A stretch of 63,246 nucleotides of DNA, the filler included, from Choristocarpus tenellus KU-1152 (Eukaryota > Protista > Phaeophyceae), in NCBI GenBank assembly GCA_964200185.2. It is 15 parts of 15 records of this genome, joined end to end, with 100 filler letters (N's around TTAATTAATTAA, not from the genome) between each part and the next. Parts side by side here need not be neighbours in the genome. Positions count along the whole stretch, not along the records: positions 13,139 to 15,946 come from CAXNAD020024578.1; positions 16,047 to 19,806 come from CAXNAD020018094.1; positions 19,907 to 24,723 come from CAXNAD020012948.1; positions 24,824 to 28,673 come from CAXNAD020017579.1; 11 more parts are not named here. One strand, written 5' to 3'. The first letter of the stretch is position 1. Each line of letters begins with the position of its first letter. The position numbers and the translations under genes are program-made. Positions 14,640 to 25,456 of this stretch are shown piece after piece. A model generated the notes under the pieces. That model was given only the letters and a program-made list of their open reading frames with translations. It was not told where the DNA came from and did no database searches.

Positions 14640-15924
14640 TCAAATGTCAATCTTGTACTGCCACCTAATCGCATTGCGCACTTGAGTATGCAACTTCAGC
14701 TTCTTCAACTGTTTACATGGAAAGACAGGGGCGTCCTCTAAAATAGAAGAGGGTGGCTCCCATGTCCTCTCGTCCTCACTAAGCCCCAACCAATCCACCA
14801 AAACCTGGTATTCATACCCTTCTAACCTGCACGCTGCCAGAATATCAGACATTTCAAATTCCCCCTGGTTCTGCATGTACTGAAATGTTTGCCTCATCTC
14901 CAAGGTCACGTTCAGCTCCTTGTCTGCATAGAACCACAACCTCTTTAGCCACTACACCATTGCTGCCCTGTCACAATGCCCAGCTTCGCACATGTGTGCA
15001 CACACCATCAGGCGTGTCTGCAGATCCTTTGCCTCATCAGGTATCCGCAGTGGGGCTATTTTCTCAGCACCCACCTCCATCATGCCATCCTGGTCTTATG
15101 TACACGGCCAGCACTGGACACAAATCCTCCGCTTGCATGCACCGTCGCACCCCCTAGAGCCTTGTTGCCCACTAGTTACGCCTCATGCACCACTACTCTT
15201 GATGGCAGGGTATCCTCCACCAGCACCACCGTAGAAACGGCTACAGCTCACACCGCCACCACAGGGACATCATTCTACCTGGTCAACAAGTCCCTCCTCC
15301 AGTTCCGTTCTCCAGCGATGTGATGGATAGCATAGTCATACTGTCCCAGGAACATGGCCAAATGAAAAAGACGTTGAGTAGTGTTCTTGGACAAATCTGT
15401 CATACACAAGGATGGGTGAGATTGCAATGGTCACAAAATATGTAGGTCACCTGCCAGAGCACCCACTCCAGGCGCCGGTAAGTCCCCACGATGGCAAACG
15501 CCGCCTTAACTACTATGATCCAGGGTAGCTGTAACCCCCAGAAAGAACTACTCAAGAATCCCAGCAGCTCATGGCTCATATTTTCCACTGCCACACCTCC
15601 ATTCAGCTCCACCTGAGGGATCTGCATAACAAACACCCCCAGTGCTTGTCAGAGGCGTCTGGAGACATCAGCACGGCACACTCCCCCCTGGGGTATGAGA
15701 GCTCCACCACCTGTGAGACCATGTTCACCACGCTGAAATCCGTTATCAGCTGATAGCCCCGTCCCTCAAGCTTGGGCAAAGACAATGATAGCTGCTCCAT
15801 ACATCCTGTTGGGTCCACCTCAGCATTCCCAGTACGATCAGCAGGCCCATTAATCCTGCCATCCAACTCTGTTGCTTCAGATGGGACACCCTGAGACTGA
15901 CCTTCAGAGGAGTCACTCCTTCCT
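14640..15924 (-). mobile_element. Degenerate chromodomain-bearing Ty3/Gypsy (chromovirus-like) pol remnant
   Basis: Chromodomain YQVLVDWLGLSEDERTWEP in ORF 14640-14939. RNase H-like DASDKHWG and HELLGFLSSSF..W..AFAIV at 15400-15680. Multiple frameshifts and stops. Confidence 0.82.
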
Positions 15925-18523
15925 GGGTCAAAGTATCTCGGGGGGGNNNNNNNNNNNNNNNNNNNNNNNNNNNNNNNNNNNNNNNNNNNNTTAATTAATT
16001 AANNNNNNNNNNNNNNNNNNNNNNNNNNNNNNNNNNNNNNNNNNNNCTGTTCTTTGTCCTTCATTAAAGCACCATAAAAGCCGCGGGTCCAGTGTGGGAT
16101 AGTTCAACAAAAGACACATTCGACTTCATCAAGTCGAATAGTTCACAGCAGGGAGGATGTATCTACAATTCGTTCTTTAATTAGGGTTACCCCTAACAGT
16201 TATAAACTCCAAAATCTAAAACATTTGCCCCAGGCCGTGCAAAACTCTGGATGTTATTACTCCAGAGGGGTAAGTTATTGGTACCACTTTGGATAGCAAA
16301 TCTCCTAGATGTCAAAGGGGATAATAATATAATAGTAGTAGTAGGAGAAATATTTATGGTAACTAACAATATCGATATATTTGTGAGTGGTGGGAGGGAT
16401 GGGTGCTAACCAATGACAAACTAGTACGCAAACTCAACAATTTTGTTGAGGGGATCTATATTCGGATGGTTGGAGCTAAAACGAGTTGTTTGGCGAACTC
16501 TTTCAGATAAAAATCCCCTTCTGACTCATCTTACGAATCGATTAGATTGCTTTTCTGATTATTGACCATATTCCTTTTTCCATATACTCCCAAATTGAGA
16601 TATCAAATTTTCTCTTTGAAGGTTTGGGTCTTACTCGGCTTCCATCAGCAACACATGAGCAAATAGTCTCTTTTTTTTTATCCTCAGCGATCAGGAAGGA
16701 GCCCGTGCCTTACATATATTTGTTCACATGGTCCTTTGCCGCTACTGTTGGGCCCCACGTCCTCCTCATGATCAGATCTTGAGAACGTGGTCGTTATCAT
16801 GGGCTCCGTGGAAGGGTAGACGACTAGGCTAAGTTCACACCCACATCCTAGCCCAGGCAGTGTCGGAGTCTCACCGACTAAACTTCCTATTGCAACCCCA
16901 ATCCTGCTCTGTACACGAGCAACCCTACACAAAGTACCTTGTTTTTAGTCCCCTCTGAAGTGGGGGGGGTTGCCCAGATCTCAAAACGAGAAATTGACTG
17001 TAAATACAAGAGAACAACAACAGCAACAATAACAGACATTCACTATCAAGTTGCTGTATCTACCACGATGCCTGAGCGCAATGGTTTCCTCAACAAGGTA
17101 GTCCGGAAAAAGCAATGGTGATTCAAAATTAGAGACAAAAGCGAGGTAGACAACTATAATGATAAAAAGAGATAAATATACTTATATATTAGCAACAGCA
17201 TAATGGAATCAATAGTAGCAGCTATAGAAGAGGACATACCAGGTGGTCCAGGAGCGAGAACAGATGGAGGATAATATTGGGTGTAGGTGTCCACAATAAA
17301 TAAAGCTCCGGTGTACAAAAAGAATATGTGAAGAAAACAGGAGGAAAATAAAACAATTTTTTACATGACGCCATCACAGGTAACTATATACATTGATTGC
17401 ATATTCATCAAAGATTGCAGTTTTCGTAGTTGTAGTAATATTAGTAGTGCTAGCAGTAGCGGCTTAAGTAGTAGTAGGTACAAAAGAGGTTGATGCTGTA
17501 TAAATACCATATTCTTGGTTGTGTAAAGTACCTTTGCACGCAACGTGGAGATGTTTCTCATTACGCTGAGGAATCTGCTCTGTTACATAAACAATGGCAA
17601 AATATAGGAATAAAAAAGCGGAGTCCCTGTGTATCTTGATTTACTCTCAAAGCTTTCCCGTCCAGGGAACAAAAGAGGATAGAGACAATGAGTCACAGGG
17701 GCTATCATTCGCGGACAATTCATACAATAAAATAGGCGTGAAAGACACACGACACTTTCAAACGGTAGAAACTAGACAACAGTTTACTTGAAATGTTGGC
17801 AAAGTGCAAAAAAAATTACTTAAGAGGAACATCGTATCACCTGCCCTAGACATGTAGGTGGCATGCTTACCTTCGCATGGAACTAGAGCACCCTGCGCCA
17901 TTGCTATCCTTGAACAAAGTGCTCAAATCGTTGGATTCTTGAAAGTAGCAATGGCCATCTTACAGAAAGCAAGAAGTTGAGCTTTAGTGCAAGCATCGCT
18001 ATGGATGGTTAGCATGCCTTTAGGCTAATAGACTTCGGACACTGTCCTCCACAAAACCTATCCAAACAAAAATACCCCCCTCTATTTTAGCAGGTAGGGA
18101 CTATAATATAGCTTTGTTCTCCCAAACCCTACTACCTAAGAAGGTGTTGGGAAAGTTAACGTCCACTTTGAATTGCAAAAAGTTTTCCTACAGAGAACTC
18201 CAACATAATCTAACAACGCAGAGGATTCATAAACTATCGTAGCACATCAGCTGTAACTGCAGGTGTTAAAGGATACAAATAAAACAAAGCTACTCTGGTT
18301 CATAGGTTAAGCGACAAGAGATATCCTTGGGAAAGGAAGGGATGGTTAATTCTCGAGTGAGACTGTTTAGCATGCATTCTATTGCCAGAGCTTCAAGAGC
18401 AGCATCCTTTTGTCACTGGAGTGGATGAGGGTCATATTTGGTGAAGTTCGTTAAACATTACTAATACAGCTCAAAATACTAAATCAAGATGGTGCAAAAT
18501 CATCAGCGAATTAGGTGCAATAA

Positions 18524-18680
18524 CTATGCAAAAGAGAGCTATTCCAATAATAGTCTTTGCTTTATGTGGTATGGATGTATTTATTAGCGGAGTGAGCACA
18601 TCCCCCGAGGTGTGTGTGGGGGAGTACTCTGCCTCGTTATCTATTGCGCACGTCAGCAGACATATCAAAACATGCTTGCC
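18524..18680 (+). repeat. Unclassified interspersed repeat (second copy ~28460-28610)
   Basis: Both copies share tatgcaaaagagagcta..tttgcttt.tgtggtatggat..tagcggagtgagcac. Confidence 0.75.
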
Positions 18681-19517
18681 TCAGTCATACTACTTCAAAT
18701 ATCAGTCATACCGCGTAATATATGATTGGGTCAGTCACACTACTTCATTGGTCCCTCTCATCATCCGCTTTCATTAACTAATATGAATCAAACTACCGAG
18801 ATTCGAACCTACTACTCTAAGCGCTCGCAAAACAAATCGTTGACACTTTCTCCAATCAGTCAACATTTCTGTTGTTTCGTGCTGGTGGCTAAGGACTTAA
18901 AACTGTATACACTACTTAGCCTATATTGCACACTCCCCCATGAGCGTGCAGCAAAGTTGCTGACTAAAGCTCAATCTCGACGCGAAAGCGCGGAATACAC
19001 AAAATCAGAAATGAAACTCTTGCGTGAAAATTTGGTTAACACGTTTGCCAATTGCTTGCATGCTAGAATATACTTGATGTGAAATATACCCTGATATACA
19101 TATTATCTTACACACTTGAACTTCATGTCCACGTGCTAAGGCAACAACAGTCTTGTTGTCCTTGTAGAAGGAATTAATATTAACAGCCGGAGCTTTACAC
19201 TTGATCAATAGATGTATTTGACTTAATTAATAACACTGATGGTGCATCCATTTTCTTCATACCATGACCAGCAGGGATAACAAGCTACATGGAACAATAG
19301 TAGCAAACATTTCTCATCAAAGTAAATCTGAACACTAGAAAGCATTTATTTGTATCTCCAATAGAAGGTTAACACATTTAGCTGTCGAGAAGGTTGTAAA
19401 GATAGCAAACAGTATTTTCATCCTTGAAAATAACACTTCAGCTATTGACCTTACTGTTGATTTTTCATATTCCCAAAATGATCGTAACACAAAAAGGGAA
19501 AGTTTATGACGTTATCT

Positions 19518-19778
19518 GAATGAAAGTACCTTATAGGGTACGAGTTTTTCCCTGTTTGTCCATTTGGGGTTTGGCTTCCCATGTTTTTTTTTATGATATT
19601 TTCCCACTCCAAAATGTTTCCGAGTACATCAAATGTATACGTTATGAAAAGGTGTGTCCAGGGCAAGGATATACTGACACTTACTAACAAACACGACAGC
19701 CAAAATTAAATCAAAATCGCAACATTGGATTTTGGCCCCCAAATGGACGCGGTCCTACCCTCCAAGATACTTTGGCTC
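19518..19778 (-). mobile_element. MITE family A, full copy (reverse)
   Basis: gaatgaaagtaccttatagggtacgag...ctaccctccaagatactttggctc; TCT on both flanks. Confidence 0.9.
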
Positions 19779-20826
19779 TCTGAGTTTTGTGGGTGGAAGA
19801 ATTCTGNNNNNNNNNNNNNNNNNNNNNNNNNNNNNNNNNNNNNNNNNNNNTTAATTAATTAANNNNNNNNNNNNNNNNNNNNNNNNNNNNNNNNNNNNNN
19901 NNNNNNGGAAACTTGGGGGGGGGGGGGATCGTGGTTATGTTAGGATTAGGGTTAGATGCTTGCATGATTATGAGGAGATAAGGGTGCGCACTTGCAGACA
20001 CTACTGCCTGTTCTTGTTCTGAATCTCTCATTCATTTCATATCGCTTTGGAAATGGGATGATTGATGTGTGAGTAAATGAACCAGATGTGACCCATAGTG
20101 TTTCCCCTATGAGGATGTTGTTGACGATACCCTGTTCCCAGATGCTTGGTACTGTAGGAGGGTCTCTGGCTTAGCTGATCCCCCCTTCTTTAGGTACTTG
20201 GAATTTTTGTTTTTCTTGTTTGGGTTAGGGTTAGGCTCAGTTTTTTTTTTATTGCTCCTCTCCACTTCATTAAACCAAGAGATTTGGAATCTCTCACGCT
20301 AATTGCTAATTGCTAACTTGTTAAGATACGATCATAAGAGTAATTGTGTGTGTGTTAGGGCTGTCCACGTCCAGTCCAGCATGTTGTGGTGTGGCATGGG
20401 GTGATGCCCTGACACCCTCAAGCGTGTGCGAATCTTGATGAGGCTTTGTCCTGTTTTTCACGGCTGTGCTATTAATATTTTTGTATGTAGCGAGGTATCT
20501 GGTTAGGTTTAGGGTTAGGGATATGAAGTTTTTTTTTACTAGGTGTTTTCTGTCTATACCTTGAAGACGTCAGTCCCAAGCACTCACTGATCTGGACTGT
20601 ATGTATTTAGGTATTTTGTCCTTTTTTCTGACAAAGGGAAGATGTTGCATGCAGGGTAAAGGTTAGGGTTAGTTTGGTGGATAGTATGGGGGCAAATATA
20701 CTGCACCTTTTCCTCTGCACCTAGTAGGTGTTCTGAGGTGAAAGGTGTATTGCATGGTTAGGGTTAGGGAAGGAATTTTTGCTTGATTTAATTCAAGTTG
20801 GGTATCTCCGGTGTGATATGGTGCAG

Positions 20827-23660
20827 GTGGCCATTGCAGACCAGACCAAGCACATGGTAGAGCAAGAACTTCAGAGACTAAATACTAGCTTAGGCAGCTT
20901 CGAACAGGTGAAATATGGTTAGGGATATGTTTTTCCTCTTTTTTTGCTGAACTTAGGGTTAGGGTTAGGGTTCATATATTTTCATCATTACTATTTTGTG
21001 TGAAGGTCTCTATCGTGCAAGTGTATGTAATGTTAGTGTTAGGGATAGGACTGATTTTTTTTGCAATGGAAAGCTGAACTTCACAGTGATGAGCACCAAC
21101 TGGTTGGCATGATGATATTTTTTTCCAAACAATAGACACTGGCTTGAGTGTTTTATTGTGTTCACTAGAGACTTGTCGATGCCTTAGCTTGGGATGTGTT
21201 GAGGGTTTCCTTGAACTTTTACACACTGAGGCACTACTAGCTGTATGTACTAACCCTAACCTTAAGTGGAATCAGTGATATATATACTTGCGGGTTATGC
21301 ACTATACCCTGAGGACAGTTGTCTGGGATCATTCTTGTGTGTTGCAGAAGTGTCTTCTTTGTTAGGAGGAGTGAGGGTTGGGGTTAGGGTTAGGGTTAGG
21401 GTTAGGGGTGGTGGCCGTTGGGTTCCTTGCAGAGAACAGGGTGGGATATAGCCTTCAATTTATACGAACTGTCAACTGTGTCAGTGGGGACAAGACTACA
21501 AGACAAGACTACTAAAGGTGGAGCCACCAGAGGCGCAAGTATTTGACTCATCTCTCCCCAGGGATGCACCAGAGGAAGAGCAAGTTGTGTTGTTCAATAC
21601 ACGCTTATGTTTTATTTTGTTCTTAGTATTGTGATATTGTTCTTACCACATCCATTTACGGTTAAGGCTAGTTGATCTTTTTTTTTATTATGGAATGGAG
21701 TACTTTACTTCACTAATTCCCAAAGTGGTTTTTAGAATATTTACAACACAATTAAAGATGGTTGTATTCTATAGTGGCTGCATTGTCCCATTTGAAGTTT
21801 ATGTTCCAAATCGCGTTACAAATGTGTTTATGGATGCGATTAGGGTTAGGGCAACCTAACCCTAACCCTAACCCATAGTGAAAAAATAAGTATCCTTACT
21901 TGGGGTGAAACACTTAATGTTAATAAACCTTTTTACAGATACTTCAAAATAATGGAGACTTTGATGCAGTTGATGTTAATAAACCTTTTTACAGACACTT
22001 CAAAATAATGGAGACTTTGATGCAGTTGGCGCTGGGCCAGGGGATGCTGTGGCAATACAGTTGGACTTGGCTGAGGAGCAGTGGATCTTGGCACGAGTGC
22101 TCCAGTATGTTCCTGATGTTGGCAGCTACAAGGTTAGGTCAAGGGTTGGGGTTAGGGTTAGCTAAGGTTAGGGTTAGGGTATGGTGCGAATAAGCTTGTT
22201 GTCATGGGTATTCACCGGAAAATAGTAGTATGTAGTATTTGGTTGTATTGATTAACATGTCGGTGAAGTTTCACTTGTTGTAGGAGGGGGGGCAGGTGCG
22301 CTCTATCTCTACATGTGCTTCCTCTTTGGTAAATTGTTCGACTTGAACGTGTGTGTTTGCACTTTTTGTCTGGATTGGCTGTTTTTCCAATTTTCCGGTT
22401 TCTACCTTCATGACCTCTGCCTCTTTAGAGATAGCTCTCAACGGGCGTCTTTATCTTATCCACTAGTGTACGACATTCAAGACACAGTACAGTACTCTAC
22501 ACTTTGAACCAAATCCCTACTGCTGCAGCACATGGAGGGTGATCAAATTTCTGTGTGTGTGTGTGTTTATGTATGTATGTATGTAAGTATGTATGTAAGT
22601 TCGTAACTTCCTCTGTCTGAGTTGCCCTTTTTTTGTTTGAAGAGGCTGTTGCCAGGTAACTGTCATTAGTACATTGTGCCTTATTGTGTGTGTACCACAA
22701 AATAGGTTTTTTTTTCAGTTGTGGATTATTACTGTTACATCATAATGACGAAATGACTTGGTTTTGTACAGTGTACTGAGATTGATTTGGGAGGGTGGTA
22801 CCACACCTACTACACAGTGGGTGCATTCCTGGTGTATAAATTGTATTGCCCTCCTGTTGAGCCTTGAGTTTGGGGATACAGCTTTCAGTTTTTTTTTAAT
22901 ATTCAAACCCCTTGTAGTGCTATGTATGTTGTTTGGCGGTGGTTTCCTCTTGTTTGGTTATTGATGTTTGATTGTTTTTGTGGTTGGATAGGTGATGGAT
23001 GAGGATGACAACAGCAAGACTTACGAGCTTCCAGAACAGCAGGTGAGCTGTGTAGAAAGTATCCGTGTTTGTGTATGCATGTGTGCTTGGTCATTTCTAT
23101 TAGTAGTTCAGTTGTGATCAAAGTTAGGGTTGGGGTTAGTTGGGGTTAGGGTTATAGAGCAATTGAAACAAAAATATAGTTGACGAGGACCCCTACTACC
23201 TCCGAACCATCAACTTTTGCTTGGCGTGATATGGTTCTTATATTTGATTAAACTGTTTTTTCTGTTTTGTGTAAGAGTTAGGGTTATGTAAAAAAAAATG
23301 TAAATATATATATATATATATATATTGGAGGTGTAATGTATTTATGGCATCAATCAGCTATTAAGATTTCCTCTTCCTCGGTTGATATCAATCGATATTG
23401 GAAGATCGAGTCTACCACCTCACCAAATTCAATTCCCCTTTCAGGCTGACCCTTTGCCCTCACCGTTGATTGGATAGAAGATGTTAGTGTGGTAAGGTTT
23501 AGTAAAAGAAGTGACCTTAACATTTCGTCAGGTGATTCCTCTAGAGGGGAGACAGGAACGCCTTCTCAAGGGGGATGAAGTCCTTGCTGTCTACACGGAC
23601 ACCACTAGCTTCTACCAAGCCACTGTGGTTGTCCCACCCAGGGGAAGGGGAGCAAATATT
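20827..23660 (+). CDS. SGF29: SGF29-like tandem Tudor protein with preceding ING-N-like coiled-coil segment (partial, 4 exons)
   Basis: Phase-0 exons: 20827-20907 (VAIADQTKHMVEQELQRLNTSLGSFEQ), 21995-22132 (..GDAVAIQLDLAEEQWILARVLQY..SYK), 22992-23042 (VMDEDDNSKTYELPEQQ), 23532-23660 (VIPL..GDEVLAVYTDTTSFYQATV). WILA.V, Y.V.D.D and VLA.Y.DTT.FY.A.V are SGF29 Tudor hallmarks. Confidence 0.85.
21375..21406 (+). repeat. Interstitial telomere-like (TTAGGG)n tract in an intron (one of more than 12 in this contig)
   Basis: gggttggggttagggttagggttagggttaggg. Others near 19947, 20222, 20501, 20660, 20757, 20953, 21840, 22133, 23124 and 23278. Confidence 0.9.
21917..22028 (+). repeat. 56-bp tandem duplication spanning a splice acceptor and exon start
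   Basis: atgttaataaacctttttacag|a(t/c)acttcaaaataatggagactttgatgcagttg twice (21917-21972, 21973-22028), one mismatch. Confidence 0.95.
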
Positions 23661-24008
23661 GTGAGTGGTGTGATGATATTTTTCTCTTTTTGTTAGACTG
23701 TGGTTGAGTGTCATTATTGTACATTATGTGACTTATAAATCTGATGCTCTGGTGCAACTACCTTGCATGGGAGATCATGTGCAATGAGATCACCCAAAGA
23801 TTCTTAGTACTAATTCATGTGGTACTTGGGGTGATAGTATTGCCAATTGTTGTACTTGCACCCCTAGCGAGCCTCTCAGATTGATTTCACTGATGTGATC
23901 ACGAACAATCTACTCACACATGTCAGACACACACGTGGCAGGCCCAGAACTAACATTGGGGCAGTAATAGTGTTGGTTTTACATTTGAAGATAGTTGGGC
24001 CAACCTAA

Positions 24009-24266
24009 GAGCCAAAGTATCTTTGAGGGTAGGGCCGCGTCCATTTGGGGACCAAAATCCAATATTGCGATTTTGATGTAATTTTGGCTATCGTGTTTGT
24101 TAGGAACTGTCAATATCCTTGTTCCGGACACACCTTTTCATAACATACACATTTGATCTACTCCGAAACATTTTGGAGTGGAAAAATGTCGTTAGAAACC
24201 CCATGGGAAGCCAAGTCCCAAATGGACAAACATGGCAAAACTCTTACCCTCTAAGATACTTCACTC
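24009..24266 (+). mobile_element. MITE family A, full copy
   Basis: gagccaaagtatctttgagggtag...taccctctaagatacttcactc; flanks taa/tta. Confidence 0.9.
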
Positions 24267-25361
24267 TTACCATAACACTGTAACTATGCTTATACGATAA
24301 AAGTGCCCAATGTTCCAATGCAGGGTGGCATTTGAATACCTTAATGTATGACATTGGCACTTCTTGTCCCAACAATCAGCACTTCTTTGAAGATACTTAT
24401 GTACTCACTCTTGTGAAGAAGAATGCAGATTGAGTTACTGTTTGGTTTTCTTAATAGTTGGGAAGGTTTATAGCCAGAATCCCATCCTTTGTGCTGCAGG
24501 TAGTTGGAGCTGGGAGTGTATTTTAGAGTAGGGATCGTCCAAACCTTTCTGACTTAAGATGCTTTAAGGAGCACTTCTTTCTCACAGGCGTATATAGAGA
24601 GGTTTGGTCTGGCTTGGGACTGTACATACTACTCTGGTGAATGATCATTATTGCATCATGGGTCAAAGTATCTGGGGGGGGGGGGGGGGGGTGGGGGGGC
24701 GTTTTTGGGGTTTTTTTGGGTGTNNNNNNNNNNNNNNNNNNNNNNNNNNNNNNNNNNNNNNNNNNNNTTAATTAATTAANNNNNNNNNNNNNNNNNNNNN
24801 NNNNNNNNNNNNNNNNNNNNNNNTACCTCCCCCGTCCACCACCACTCCTTTACTGAGGTCACCATAAGTGCCCGACGCGCCCATAATTGACCACGGGACA
24901 ATCATCCTTACTTCCTTCATCATTGTCTCCGAATGTACTGCACACATGACCGACCCCACCTTGATCTCATACCCCCACTACTCACCCAACCCATATTGGT
25001 CAATCAATGCCCACCTCAACCAACTACCTTTCCAACACCGTCACCCTGACCCCTACCTTAAGCCTCTACTCAGAGCACCACAACCATTCCCTTAAGCCTT
25101 TTTCCCTTTACGCCACACTTGCCTTGAGCATTGTTGCTCGTAGAGTCCTCAGTAGCACCCAGTATTGCGTACCACTCATTGTTGCCATTGCTGATCACAC
25201 TTTCCACAGTATTGTGAGAAAATTTAGCCATGGTTTCGTCCTTCCCAGTAGGCTCCTTTTCTTCCCCAGCTACCATCATTATCATAATCACTGAGTACAT
25301 ATTGTAGGATCATGAGCACGTCCACCGCACATGGTGAACATGCGGCTTGGGCAAGGACCAA

Positions 25362-25456
25362 ACTAAAGTATTTGGGGTGTGTGTGGAGGGTGTCCATTTG
25401 GGGTCCATTTTTCCATATCGCAATATTTGGGTGATTTGATTGCATGTGTCGGATTT
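25362..25456 (+). mobile_element. MITE family B, degenerate partial copy
   Basis: aaagtatttgggg..gtccatttggggtccatttttccatatcgc..gggtgatttgattgcatgtgtcggat matches the internal sequence of the 50227 copy. Confidence 0.7.

Noticed and set aside
16700-17960. Possible minus-strand exons (e.g. 17240-17320, 17532-17578, 17871-17935)
   Set aside because: Splice-like signals exist, but the phases could not be joined into a consistent, recognisable protein.
21266-21451. ORFs with VRVRVR or LGLGL runs (also 22008-22193 and 59625-59942)
   Set aside because: These are translations of TTAGGG tracts, not proteins.
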